Shown: positions 40,726-53,014 of the stretch, piece by piece
How positions within the stretch are numbered: position 1 is the stretch's first letter
Layout of the letters: each line of letters opens with the position of its first letter
From: Octopus vulgaris
Taxonomy: Eukaryota
Direction of reading: 5' to 3'
Length of the DNA stretch: 64,000 nt
Assembly: GCA_951406725.2 (NCBI GenBank)
Contig: OX597826.1
Span: 10,416,001-10,480,000 of the forward strand
The notes under the pieces: model-generated
Told to the model about the DNA's origin: nothing
Database searches by the model: none
The model's input: only the letters and a program-made list of their open reading frames with translations
Position numbers and translations under genes: made by a program

Positions 40726-41628
40726 CAGTGGTGGTTCTTAACCATTTTTTGCCTCTGGTCCCCTTTGATTCCTATTTTACACAGATGGACCCTCATAGCC
40801 ATTTGATGTGTGATAAAAAAGAAAAAAAATCTCATTACATTTTTATATTCTTTTACTCTTTTACTTGTTTCAGTCATGTGACTGTGGCAATGCTGGAGCA
40901 CCGTCTTTAGTTGAGCAAATCAACCCCAGGACTTGTTCTTTGTAAGCCTAGTACTTATTCTGTTGGTTCTTTTGCCGAACCACTAAGTTACGGGGACGTA
41001 AACACACCAGCATCGGTTGTCAAGTAATGTTGGGAGACAAACATATACACACACATACACATATATATACGTATATACGACAGGTTTCTTTCAGTTTCTG
41101 TCTACTAAATCCACTCACAAGGCTTTGGTTGGCCTGTAGCTATAGTAGAAGACACTTGTCCAAGGTGCCACGCAGTGGGACTGAACCCAGAACCATGTGG
41201 TTGGTAAGCAAGCTACTTACCACACAGCCACTCCTACGCCTTTGAGAAATCGTATTTAAAAAAGTAAAAAATTGTTAAAATATTTTTGTGTTGTAGAAGT
41301 ACAACTGATTTTATTGCACATAACAAACACCATCTGATCGTGGCCGTTCGCCAGCCTCGTCTGGCACCTGTGTCGGTGGCACATAAAATCACCCACTACA
41401 CTCTCGGAGTGGTTGGCGTTAGGAAGGGCATCCAGCTGTAGAAACACTGCCAGATCTGACTGGCCTGGTGCAGCCTTCGGGCTCCCCAGACTCCAGTTGA
41501 ACCGTCCAACCCATGCTAGCATGGAAAGCGGACGTTAAACGATGATGATGATGATGATGATAAATTTTAACAACAAAATCTTATATAGACACCCTAAGGC
41601 CATACGGACCCTGGGTGAGAATGACTGA
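40726..41628. mobile_element. Family G hAT MITE with nested family A SINE (40848-41240, -) and RTE 3' end (41325-41560, +)
   Basis: The MITE segments join up once the inserts are removed. Confidence 0.7.
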
Positions 41629-41777
41629 TGTACAGCGGCTGACAAAAACCTGACATACATAAAATAAATGGGATGGTGGTCATAACTGGAATGCTTAAGT
41701 TAACTTGATTGAGTCTGACCTGAGCCTTAACAACGAGAACAACTTTATTTTGCTCTCACTTTCCTTTTCCCACAATT

Positions 41778-41812
<35 letters not shown>

Positions 41813-42408
41813 TGTATTTTTCCCCCTCACTTTTCATCTCACCTTTCCTCATTTCCCAAATGCCACCCCACTACAAATGACTCCTGCTCATCTGCTTCCA
41901 TTTCTAATTTATCCCTTTTAGGATCTCCTTTATCCCCCTGTCAATCACGGTCTCTATCACATACATTCTTTATAATTCCTATTTCTTTATTGCCCACAAG
42001 GGGCTAAACATTGAGGGGACAAACAAGGACAGAGTGGACAGGTGTATTGATTCGGTGGGCTGCAGACTGGAGAACAAGGTGTAATTGATGCTGGAAGAAG
42101 GTGGTGGTTTTTATTGGTTTCAACTTTTGACCCTAGGCTTGCAAATTTCAGGGATGGAGGCTAGTCCATTATATTGACCCCAGTGCTTGAATAGTATTCA
42201 TTTTATTGACCTCAAAAGGATGAAAGGCAGATTTGACCTTCTGGGAAAAATACACCATAAGGAAATGTTACCTTACCAGGTGAGGAATAACAATAAAAGC
42301 ATCTAGTCATAGAAAATCTGCCTCAACAAAATTTTCTCTGACCAATGCAAGCATAAATGAGTAGACAAGTAAAGTTTTGGGTGATTTTTATTCTGGGATT
42401 TTAGCATA

Positions 42409-42583
42409 GACGTAGGAGTGGCTGTGTGGTAAGTAGCTTGCTTACCAACCACATGGTTCCGGGTTCAGTCCCACTGTGTGGCACCTTGGGCAAGCATCTT
42501 CTACTATAGCCTCGGGCTGACCAAAGCCTTATGAGTGGATTTGGTAGATGAAAACTGGAAGAAGCCTGTCTTATATATGTGTG

Positions 42584-42627
<44 letters not shown>

Positions 42628-42820
42628 GGTCCCCCCAACATCGCTTGACAACTGATGCTGGTGTGTTTACGTCCCCATAGCTTAGCGGTTCAGCAAAAGA
42701 GACCAATAGAATAAGTACTAGGCTTACAAAGATTAAGTCCTGGGGTCGATTTGCTTGACTAAAGGTGGTGCTCCAGCATGGCCACAGTCAAATGACTGAA
42801 ACAAGTAAAAGAGTAAAAGA
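42409..42820 (+). mobile_element. SINE family A (full length)
   Basis: Homologous to 989-1392. Confidence 0.85.
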
Positions 42821-42857
42821 GATATGTGATCTTTTTTTTTGTGCTGTTGATGTAGGG

Positions 42858-43106
42858 CAATGTTTCTCAACCCCTTTTTACTTATGGCCCCTTTTGATTT
42901 CTATTTCATCCAGGTGAGAAAGAAATCCTATTATATTTTTATAATTAGATATTATTAGAAATTGTGTAAAAAATATTAAAATATTTTTGTGCATTGTAGA
43001 AATAAAACTAATTTATTGCACATAAATTTTAACAAAAAAATCTTACATGGGGTCCCTGACCCCAAGGGTTATATGCCCTGCATCAGTGGTTCTTTGAGAA
43101 CCGCAG
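42858..43106. mobile_element. Family G hAT MITE, uninterrupted
   Basis: Degenerate TIRs; exact 8-bp TSD ATGTAGGG at 42850-42857 and 43107-43114. Confidence 0.8.
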
Positions 43107-43623
43107 ATGTAGGGCAGGGATGACTTATGTGGTAAGTGTACTTGAAAATGCCTGGTTGGAGTGGCTGTGGACGAGGGAACTTCTTGCTAAAAGATCATAA
43201 TGGTATGAGAATTGTGGTGTAAGTTTGTTGCAAGTAGAAGATAAAGAGAGAGGGGAAAGAGAGAAAGGGAGAGAGAGAGAGAAAGAGAGAGAAGGGGAAG
43301 AGAGAGAGAGAGAGAGAAAGAGAGTAGGTATTGTTTCTTAGTATGGTAAAGATCTTGATTGAGCTACTTAAAGTTAAGCATGGCAGTTGTAATGGTCTAC
43401 AGATTTTGGTAAATAATAAGCGCCAACACAGACCAAGTTTAGTCTCCATGTTTTTTGCTACTTAATTATACACACACTCCTACACATATGTATATGTGTG
43501 TATGCATGCGGTTTTCTGGCATCATTGCCTCCCTTCCGCATGACCAGACATGTTTTCATGGAAGATTGGAAATTAAGAACACTTGTATGATGGCGACACT
43601 CATTTACAACTATATATATATTT

Positions 43624-43661
<38 letters not shown>

Positions 43662-44923
43662 TTCCCTTTTTATTTGGTATTATTATTTTTTCAGCACAAT
43701 AGATACCTTACTGTCCATCTCTTTTGTTTCCCATAATTTCTCATTTTATAAAGTCTGTGTCAAATGTCACTCAAGCTATTTCTGTCTGTCTGTCTGTGTC
43801 TGCCTATCTGTCTGTCGCTCTCTCTCCTCTCTGTCTGTCGCTCTCTCACCTCTCTGTCTGTCTGTCTGTCTGTCTGTCTGCCTGTCTGTCTCTCTCTCTA
43901 CCTTTGTATCATGTTCTCTTACCTGTTGATTTTATCACAATCTGTCAAGTTTCTGTGTTTTGATTTGATTCAGCCCACCCACCTCTCTCTCACTCTCTCC
44001 TCGGTCTAACCACTGTCAACTAGTTTTTTTGATTAAATCAACACAATTTTACCATTTCACTCTCTGTTTCTCACTCTCATCTTACCTTTCACCTGTTCTT
44101 TCTCTCACCTTTCCTCCCACCCACTCTCCCCTCCCTTTCTCGCATTTTACAAATCACCTATTCTCTTTTGTCTTTCTATCTGTTAAATTCCTGACAACTA
44201 ACTCTTTAATCTTGTTTTAATTAATATAACCCCACCTTCCTCTTTCTTTCTCCTCTCCCTTTCTCTCTTTCTCACCTTGTTTGACTCAATTCTTTCATTA
44301 TCATCATTCACTGGTTACTAATTGCTCTTTAATTAGTTTAGTAATATAGATTCTTTCAACTAAGCACTTTCTACCAAGCTGATGCATTTTAAAAAATTTT
44401 TTCTACTGGGCATGCGGCCAATTTCTGTTGGTTTATTTGACTAAATTGTATATTACTAAAATATATGGCAGCTACTTATAATACTATTAACTAAACCTTT
44501 TGATATCAAACCACCTGAGACCACCTTTGATTGTATATATATATATATGGTTGAAAACTGATTATGTTAAGATGTTTATATTTAAATACACCTTGCATTG
44601 TAATTTTATCTCATAACATGATATTATGTTCTAAATACAAATTTAACTGTTTTGATACCAATATGCTTATAAATACTTTTGGTTTGTGTTGCAAAAACCA
44701 CTCTTTTTTAAAGTAATATTCTGCAACAATTTTACCCTTGAAATACATTCTATACCACAAGAATTTCCCTTCAGGCACAGGTTCAGGCAAGGCTGTTTGG
44801 TTTAGAAAAGCATACTTTCAACCTTGTGGTGCATGTGTATTCTGCTATAGCCCTGAGTTAACCAATGTCTTGTGAGCGAATTTGGTAGCAGGAACTATGT
44901 GGAAGTCAATTGTGTGTGTATGT

Positions 44924-44961
<38 letters not shown>

Positions 44962-44970
44962 CTGTGTGTG

Positions 44971-45021
<51 letters not shown>

Positions 45022-45024
<3 letters not shown>

Positions 45025-45290
45025 GGAGTAAACACATAAATGTGAAACAAGGTGGAAAAAGAGTACTCAAATACCAGTGGTAGAGTAATATGCTTTATTT
45101 AAAGCAGCAGAAAATTCAACAAAACCTGTTACTCTGAGTTTCCTGTTGCCGTTCATTGGACAGTGTTTGCTAGAATCTAGCAAAAACTGTCCGATGTTTT
45201 TGCTAGAATTCTAGCAAACACTGTCCAATGAACGGCAATGGGAAACTCAGAGTAACAGGTTTTGTTGAATTTTCTGCTGCTTTAAATAAA

Positions 45291-45291
<1 letters not shown>
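45022..45291. mobile_element. Penelope-like remnant in (TA)n with inverted duplication and a hammerhead-like fold in both arms
   Basis: Arms at 45093-45180 and ~45205-45291. CTGT-CCAATGA-ACGGCAATGG-GAAAC-TCAGA-GTA-ACAG at 45221-45258; a central partial copy reads CTGT-CCGATG. Confidence 0.65.
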
Positions 45292-45343
<52 letters not shown>

Positions 45344-45774
45344 CTGTTTGCAAAATATTTTTTCGAAAAACTTTTTTTTTTATGGGGAAATGTTATCCAA
45401 ATTGGCACCAGTTTTGCACTACTACTGACTGATAATTCTGGTTATTGTTTGTGTGCATATGTAATAATGTTTACGGTTGGTTGGTTTGAGCATTCTTTGT
45501 ACTTTCCGCTTCTGGAAATTCAGTTTTCCCTATGAAGACTTCATTCTTTTCGATATTGGAGAAATAGTTACTACTTTAAAGAAAACAGAGAATACACACA
45601 ATATATTCACTTTTTGATCATTGCACTGTCATATTAAGTTCTTCTTTTTTGCCTATGTGATGTTTCAGCCATTTGTTAGCATCCATTCTTGTACTTTAAA
45701 GTTTGTTATGATGTAATAAATAAAGAATGGTTTCTTCTGGGCATTTTAACTGCTATTTTTACCATTTCTCTTGA

Positions 45775-46070
45775 GCCAGTGGTACGTGAAGAACAACATT
45801 CGAGTAAGGGCGTTGTCAGTGCCGCTGAACTGGCTCCTGTGCAGGTGACACTTAAAAAACTCCATTTGAGTGTGGCCGTTGCCAGTACCGCCTGACTGGC
45901 CCTTGTGCTGGTGGCATGTAAAAGCACCCACTACATTCTCAGAGTGGTTGGCGTTAGGAAGGCCATCCAGCTGTAGAAACTCTGCCAGATCAAGATTGGT
46001 CGCCAGTCCCCAGTCAAACCGTCCAACCCATACCAGCATAGAAAGCAGACGTTAAACGATGATGATGATG
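45775..46070 (+). mobile_element. RTE LINE 3' end fragment (family D)
   Basis: Tandem subunits followed by a (GAT)n tail. Confidence 0.75.
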
Positions 46071-46546
46071 GATGGATGTATGTACGTATGTATGTATGTA
46101 TGTATGTATGTATGTATTCCTTATATTTTTACTTATTATATTGGGTTGAAAAACCCTTTTGGATTATAAAAAAAAATTCAGAGGTTGCCTAAGGGATTTT
46201 AACCAACATCTTCTGTAAATATAAAAGGTGTTCTGCTATTTGACCAAAGCAGTCCTTTGAATTTCTCTGTCCATCTAAGAAACTTTATTTTGTTATTAAT
46301 GTTGTAAGAATTTTATAAACTTTTGAGATGAATGTAGAATAATTCATTTTGGAACATAATATTGATTTCAAATTTTGGGACAAGGGCAGTACATTCTGAA
46401 GAGGGGGTTTAATCAACCCAAAAAGCTGAAAAGCAAAGTTGATCTTGGTAGAATTTGAACTCAGAAAGCAAAGATGGTTGAAATGTTGCTATGCATTTAG
46501 ACAGGCATACTAATAATTCTACCTGCTCGCTGTCTTTTGAACAGGA

Positions 46547-47027
46547 TCATCATCATCATCATCGTCGTTTAACGTCTGTTCTCCATGCTAGCATGGGTTG
46601 GACGGTTCGACCGGGGTTCTGGGAAGCCAGAAGGCTGCACCAGGCTCCAGTCTAATCTGGCAATGTTTCTACAGCTGGATGCCCTTCCTAACGCCAACCA
46701 CTCCGTGAGTGTAGTGGGTGCTTTTTACGTGCCACCTGCACAGGTGCCAGGCGGGGCTGGCAACGGCCACGGTCAGATTGGTGTATTTTATGTGCCACCG
46801 GCACGGAAGCCAGTCGAGGCGGTGCTGGCATCGGCCACGAGTCGGATAGTGCTTTTTACGTACCACCAGACCAGGGATCCTGGCTGGTTCAATTCGATTT
46901 CGATTTCGCTTGCCCCAACATGTCTTCACAAGCAAAGGGGGTTGGCAAGGGTGCCTGTCGTACGGTCGCATTGGAGTATTTTACGTGCCACGGCCACGAG
47001 TCGGATAGTGCTTTTTACGTACCACCA
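46547..47027 (-). mobile_element. RTE LINE 3' UTR fragment (family D)
   Basis: Several GTGCTTTTTACGTGCCACC subunits; (CAT)n at the left end. Confidence 0.75.
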
Positions 47028-47060
47028 GATATTTATTATCAGGATATTACATACTATTCT

Positions 47061-47290
47061 TTAACCCTTTTGATACAAACCTGGCTGAAACCACCTCTGG
47101 CTCTGTAGTACAGATGTCTTGTTTCCAAAAGTCCTGAATTAAAATCTTCCACCAAACCTTTGTCACAATTTATGTTCCTAACATTAGCTTAATGATAACG
47201 ATGTTATTTTGCTAAATTCTTTGTTATATTTAAAATTGATTGAAAGAAACTCAGAACATCTCAACAGAAATATGGTAACAAAAGGGTTAA
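47061..47290. mobile_element. piggyBac-type MITE
   Basis: TTAA-CCCTTTTGATAC ... GTAACAAAAGGG-TTAA: TTAA TSD and 12-bp TIRs with one mismatch. Confidence 0.85.
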
Positions 47291-47926
47291 AACGTTATGT
47301 GATGGGCATTTATATATAATTAGTTGTTTATCCTCTCTTTTTCTTGGAACCCTCTAAATTCCTCCTGTAGAACTGTCGGATTTAAGGGAACCTTGATTAG
47401 GAAATGCTTTTTTAATATGTTCTTGTTCAAATTAAAACTTTCCCCTATTTTCTATCCAGTAAGCTTATGTTATGATTTGTTTTAAAGTATTAAAAACCTC
47501 TTCCATAATTCTTTTTATATAATTATCATTTTTATGTTATGTTCAAAACAGTAGCTTAATGAGTAAAAATAAGTTAATCTATTAAATCCAATAATTATAG
47601 GTGTAAGTGTAAATTTGTAATCTGCCTAGAGAAACTGAAGGTTTCAAAGCAGTTTGCCTGCAAATATTATCTTTCTCACCAAAGTTGAAAGAAATAGGAA
47701 TGTTTTGCAAGAAATCTGCTAGACAGCTGAACTCTGTGATTGTACACAACTTTTCTTTTCTGTCCCCAACAACTAACTATACCTGACCTGTTATTTTGGC
47801 ACTTGGTGGTTGTTTGAGTGAGAATGTTCGTTCGGTATTCTTCATATTCATATATGAGTATGTATTCAGTAACAGAGGTATTCGCTATATATGGCCCAAT
47901 ATTTCCCATGCAAGAATGTACATGTT

Positions 47927-47962
<36 letters not shown>

Positions 47963-47989
47963 TGTGTGTGTATGTATACATATATATAC

Positions 47990-48324
47990 ATGCATACATA
48001 CATACATACATGATGGCTGCCCCTCGTTATCGAGTATGGCCATTGCACGAAGCTTAACTGTTATTGGTGCTGTGATCGAATGTGACTTTTTAACCCAGCT
48101 AAAGATCTACAATGTCTTGTACAGAATTGTCAACCAAAACCTTCACCGGTAATAGCCGGCTGTAGTTGTAACTGGGCTTCATGTACCTTTGCATGTTGTT
48201 TAAGTCCTCCTGCCGAATTACTCTCTCTTCCACATGCCCGACAAATATGATTAGTATGGTGTGTTACACCACCACCAGTGGCCAGGTTGTCACTCATCTG
48301 TCTCGCTTTATGACTACGAAGATG

Positions 48325-48325
<1 letters not shown>
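47990..48325 (-). pseudogene. 3' end of an RTE/BovB-type LINE encoding tandem C2H2 zinc fingers
   Basis: HLRSH ... HICRACGRESNSAGGLKQHAKVH ... FG*QFCTRHCRSLAGLKSHIRSQH*, then a short UTR with a CTCG-ATAA-CGAG hairpin and a (TATG)n tail. Confidence 0.65.
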
Positions 48326-48363
<38 letters not shown>

Positions 48364-49139
48364 CATACATTTCAAGGTTAGGTAACAACTTGTTATGCAC
48401 TTATCACTCATCATTTGTATTAATATCTATGTGTATGTATGTATGTATGTATGTATGTACGTATACATATGTATATATGTGTGTGTGTATATCTTTGAAA
48501 AATGCTGATATATTAAAACACTTGTACAATTGTAAGGCACTTTATCAGATATAAATATACACTACATAATCATGTATTGAGTCCTTTTGCTGAATTGTTT
48601 CCCTTGGAATTTTTTGGACCTACATACATATGCAAATATGCATGCACATGTGCAGACATGCATGCACACACACACACACACATTATTTACACACATGATA
48701 ATAATGATGATGGTATTTAAGCAAAAACCAAGTAACACTTGAAAATAGACTCAAGTTGTATATATAAAATGAAATAATCATATATATTCTATGAATATAT
48801 ATTTGTTATTCATTCACTACACACAATTTCATTTATATTCTCAAGTGTTCCTTCATTTTAGCTGTATTCATTTCATTATTGTTCTTTTGTTTCTATTGAG
48901 CTCCTTGCTAAATGCTTTGCACAAAAAGTTTTCATTATAAAATTGTGAGGCATTTAATTCTATTATTGGAATATAATAAATGTGCTCTCAACACACAAAC
49001 GCACAAATGTGTGCATGTGCACACTCATGCACATACAATCTGGTTAAGAAAACTTTTAGTCTTCTTAATTTTCATCTTTATTATCAAAATAGCTCTTCAG
49101 GAAAAAAAAACAAAAAAACAAAAAAAAAGTCTTTTCTCA

Positions 49140-49630
49140 TTGGTTAGGAAAAGCTCCAGGAAGGTTCTTGCAGATGCTTTAAATCCGAGTATTGCTTCTC
49201 AGAAAATGGGCTCTTGGGGCTTAGGGGAAAATCTGTGATAATGCATTGAATAGTGATAAATCTAGACTTCTTCCTCCCTTCAGTTGCCATGACACACAAA
49301 CTTCTAAAGATAAAGCAGAATTGTTGCTAAATTGTTTCCAATTATTCTACACTAGATTCTTCTGACTGTGTTCTTCCAAAGTTTCCTTCTCAGTGTGATG
49401 TTCCCTTATCTGATATGCATACAACTTCTAAAATCTACGGCGAAGGCTACTTCAAACCTTGTGACTTATACAGCTTCTGGTCTTCATAATATTCCTAATG
49501 TTGTATTGCAGAAGCGCTCACCTGAGCCATCTTCTATTTTGTCTAAATTCAATAAATGCTTAGCTGAGTTTTCCTGTTTGGCTTACTTGAAATCAATCTG
49601 TGTTATTCCTGGTTTCAAAACTCCTGAATA
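49140..49630 (+). pseudogene. Decayed Jockey/CR1-group LINE ORF2 (linker to start of RT)
   Basis: Across frameshifts: IASQKMGS, TSKDKAEL, STLDSS..LPKFP, ASGLHNIPNVVLQKRSPEPSSILSKFNKCLAE..KSICVIPGFK (the GPDxIP...WK..V.P.FK pattern). Confidence 0.75.
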
Positions 49631-49644
49631 ATATTGACCTATAT

Positions 49645-49950
49645 TACCGTTGCCAGTGCCACCAGACTGGCCCTGTGCCACTGGACTGGCCCTATGCCAG
49701 TGGCATGTAAAAAGCACCATTCAAGCATGGTCGATGCCAGTACTGCCTTACTGGCTTCTGTGCCGGTGACATGTAAAAAGCACCCACTACACTCTCGGAG
49801 TGGTTGGCATTAGGGAGGGCATCCAGCTGCAGAAACTCTGCTAGATCTGATTGGAGCCTGGTACAGCCTTCTGGCTTGCCAGTCTTCTGTCAAGCCGTCA
49901 AACCCATGCCAGCATGAAAAGCGGAAAGTAAACGACGACGATGATGATGA
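49645..49950 (+). mobile_element. RTE LINE 3' end fragment (family D)
   Basis: Flanked by the direct repeat ATTGACCT. Confidence 0.75.
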
Positions 49951-50051
49951 TTGACCTTAGTACTTTATAACATTTTAACAATCATATTAGAAATGAAAAG
50001 CAATTTCTTCTTTGTCATAAGAGCTCTGTTTCTGAAATTTTGATATATGTG

Positions 50052-50455
50052 TGCAGGCATGGCTGTGTGGTAAAGAGTTTGCTTCCCAAACACATGGTTC
50101 TGGTTTCAGTCCCGTTTAGTCCCAGACACCTTGGACAATTGTGTTCTACTATATTCTCAAGCTGACCAAAGTCTTCTAAGTGGCTTTGCTTGATGGACAC
50201 TGAAAGAAGTGTATTGTATATATACATATTTATTTAAGTGTGTGTCTTTGCGTCTGTGTTTGTGCCCCACTGCTGCTTGACAACTAGTGTTGGTGAGTTC
50301 ACATTACCATAACTTAACGGTTAGGTGAAAGGGACCGATGGAATAAATGCCAGGCTTTGCAAAAAAGAATAATAAGTCCTGGAGAATCCATTTGACTAAA
50401 ATTCTTCAAGGTGTTGCCCTAGCATGGCCACAATCTAATGACTGAAACAAGTAAA
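50052..50455 (+). mobile_element. SINE family A (old)
   Basis: Diverged full-length homolog. Confidence 0.7.
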
Positions 50456-50808
50456 TTATTACGGAGGAAAGATAGTTTGTTCTTTGTGTGTGTGTGTTTG
50501 GTAAGTATTAGTAAAAACCTATAATCAAGCAACTGCTGATATTTGTACAAATAGTGAAAATGGTAGAATAAATTTTTGCTGTGAGGAAGAAGAAAAGTTT
50601 AGTATTTTGAGCAGAACCCTTCATTGGACCTTGTAGAATTAGATTTATTCCACCGTTTGGATCCTTTGTATTTCTATTTTCCAATGCAGAACCTCGCTTG
50701 TTTTACCAGATTCTACTATTTCATGAACAATTATAGACGACTGAAAAGACTTTTAGGTGTGTGTTTGTAGTCCAAGTTTGTAGTCACAGACACACATAAG
50801 AACAAAAA

Positions 50809-50841
<33 letters not shown>

Positions 50842-52124
50842 GACAGAGAGGAAGAGAAAGAAAGATAGAGATGGACAGATCGATAGTTAGATAGAAAGAG
50901 ATAGATAGATAGATAGATTGATAGAAAGAGAGAGGGAGAAAGAGAGAGAGAGAGGCAGATACATTGATAGATAGATAGAGAGAGGGTGAGAGAGAGATTG
51001 AGAGGGATAGTAGAATAGATAGATGTATAGACAGACAGATAGACAGATAGAATGAGAGAGAGAGAGAGAGAGAGATAGAAAGAGATACATTGATAGAAAG
51101 AGAGGGAGGGAGAGAGCAAAATTAAATTAATTTGAAAATACAATTAGAAAAAGTAGAAGTAGTAAAACTATTTTTACCATTGAAAACATCTTTTGGGAGG
51201 CAAATATGTGAACAATTTGTTAAAATAAAAAGAAAAAGAAAGAGCATGGAATAAAATACAAAACAAAGTGGGTGGAAGAGAGAAAAAAAAGAATAATCTA
51301 ATCAAATAATTAGCTTCTAATTAGAACATAACAAATAATAGAAGGAACTATGTTGTGTGCCAGTACAGCAGAGTAAAAGGTAAGCTCTTGGCAAGCTGAG
51401 TACATGACCTGGTGTTGATTCCAAGTTGTATATGTTTGTTTCCTTCTTGTCTCCAATGTCCTTCCAAATAGACAAGTACATCATCATCCACATATTGTAT
51501 TTCTTCCAAACTCCACCTTACCAAAAAAGAAAAAGAAAAAAAATATATAAATATTCTGCAAAAAAAACCAACCAACCAAGCTTGTATACATACCTAGAGA
51601 AGACTGCAGCAGGAGGAGGTAACTCAAATGTCACTTCCTTGATATGACAAGTTTCTTTCAAAAATGCATTTGTTATTCTTTTACTGGTTTCAGTCATACT
51701 GTGGCCATACTGGGACACCATCTTCATAGGTTTTAGTCAATTATATTAACCAAGTATTTTGTCCTTTATGTAATTTACTGAGCTTATACAGTAAGAAAGG
51801 TTAAGTCAGCTTCGGCATAAACTACAGCAAATCAAAATAGTTTAGTTTGATACTCCATCTTCCCTTCCATACCACTGTGGCATGATTCCGTGGCTAAGAA
51901 GTTTGCTTTCCAACCACACGGTTTTAAGTTTAATTCTATGGTGTAGTTAATCCAGACATGTTTTTTCTTCTCTTTTCCTCATTCCTTTCTGTAAAAGAGC
52001 ATAGGCTTGAAACATCAACAACTTGTTCCATTTTTCCTGAGTGTCAAACTAACACACCCTGTTTGTTGTTCCCTCACCTGTCTCTGTCCTTTATTGTTTG
52101 TATAATTTTGAACCACACAAACAC

Positions 52125-52367
52125 ATCATCATCATCATCATCATTGTTTAATGTCCGTTTTCCATGCTAGCATGGGTTGGATGGAATGACTGGGGTCTGG
52201 GAAGCCATGAGGCCTCACCAGGCTCCAATCTCATCTGGCAGTGTTTCTACAGCTGGATGCCCTTCCTAATGCCAATCACTCCATGAGTGTAGTGGGTGCT
52301 TTTTACGTGCCAGGGGAGGCTGGCAATGGCCACGATCGGTTGGTGCTTTTTACGTGCCACCGGCACA
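52125..52367 (-). mobile_element. RTE LINE 3' end fragment (family D)
   Basis: Family D sequence. Confidence 0.75.
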
Positions 52368-52384
52368 CACACATATTTATATGT

Positions 52385-52613
52385 AGGTGTCTCTTTGTCT
52401 TGACACTGTGTAATAATTGTAAATGAGTCTCACTATTATACAAGTAGTATCATACATTTCCAATCTTCTGCGAAAACATGTCTGGCCTTGGAGAAATATG
52501 ACCTTGCTTGGAAACAGGTGAGGGCTGGTGACAGGAGAGGCATCCAGCTGTAGAAAATCTGCTTCAATAACTTCCATCCAACCCTTGCAAGCATGAAAAA
52601 CTGGTTGTTGATG
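52385..52613 (+). mobile_element. SINE family E 3' body with RTE-type tail
   Basis: GGAAACAGGTGAGGG.TGGTGACAGGA..GCATCCAG.TGTAGAAAATCTG...GCAAGCATG; another copy at 59262-59510. Confidence 0.65.
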
Positions 52614-52932
52614 ATATATTTTATATACATATGAACTTCCCCACTCAGATTTCATTCGTCAAATTTTACTCACAAGGCTTTGATCTACTCAAGGCTATGG
52701 TAGGAAATACTTGTTCAAGGTTCCACTCGCTAGAATTGAACTTTGAACAATATGGTTGCGAAACTGTGAATTGCTATTTATGTAAATAAAAAGGAAAATA
52801 CAATATAAAAAAAAGCATTTGATCAACAATTGAATGTAAAACAATGCACTCTTACATCAGCTCTTTATCAAGTTATAGTAATTCAGAGCTTTTTAAAATT
52901 TTTTATTTCAAACTAATGTATGTTTGTACTGC

Positions 52933-52972
<40 letters not shown>

Positions 52973-52974
52973 CA

Positions 52975-53014
<40 letters not shown>

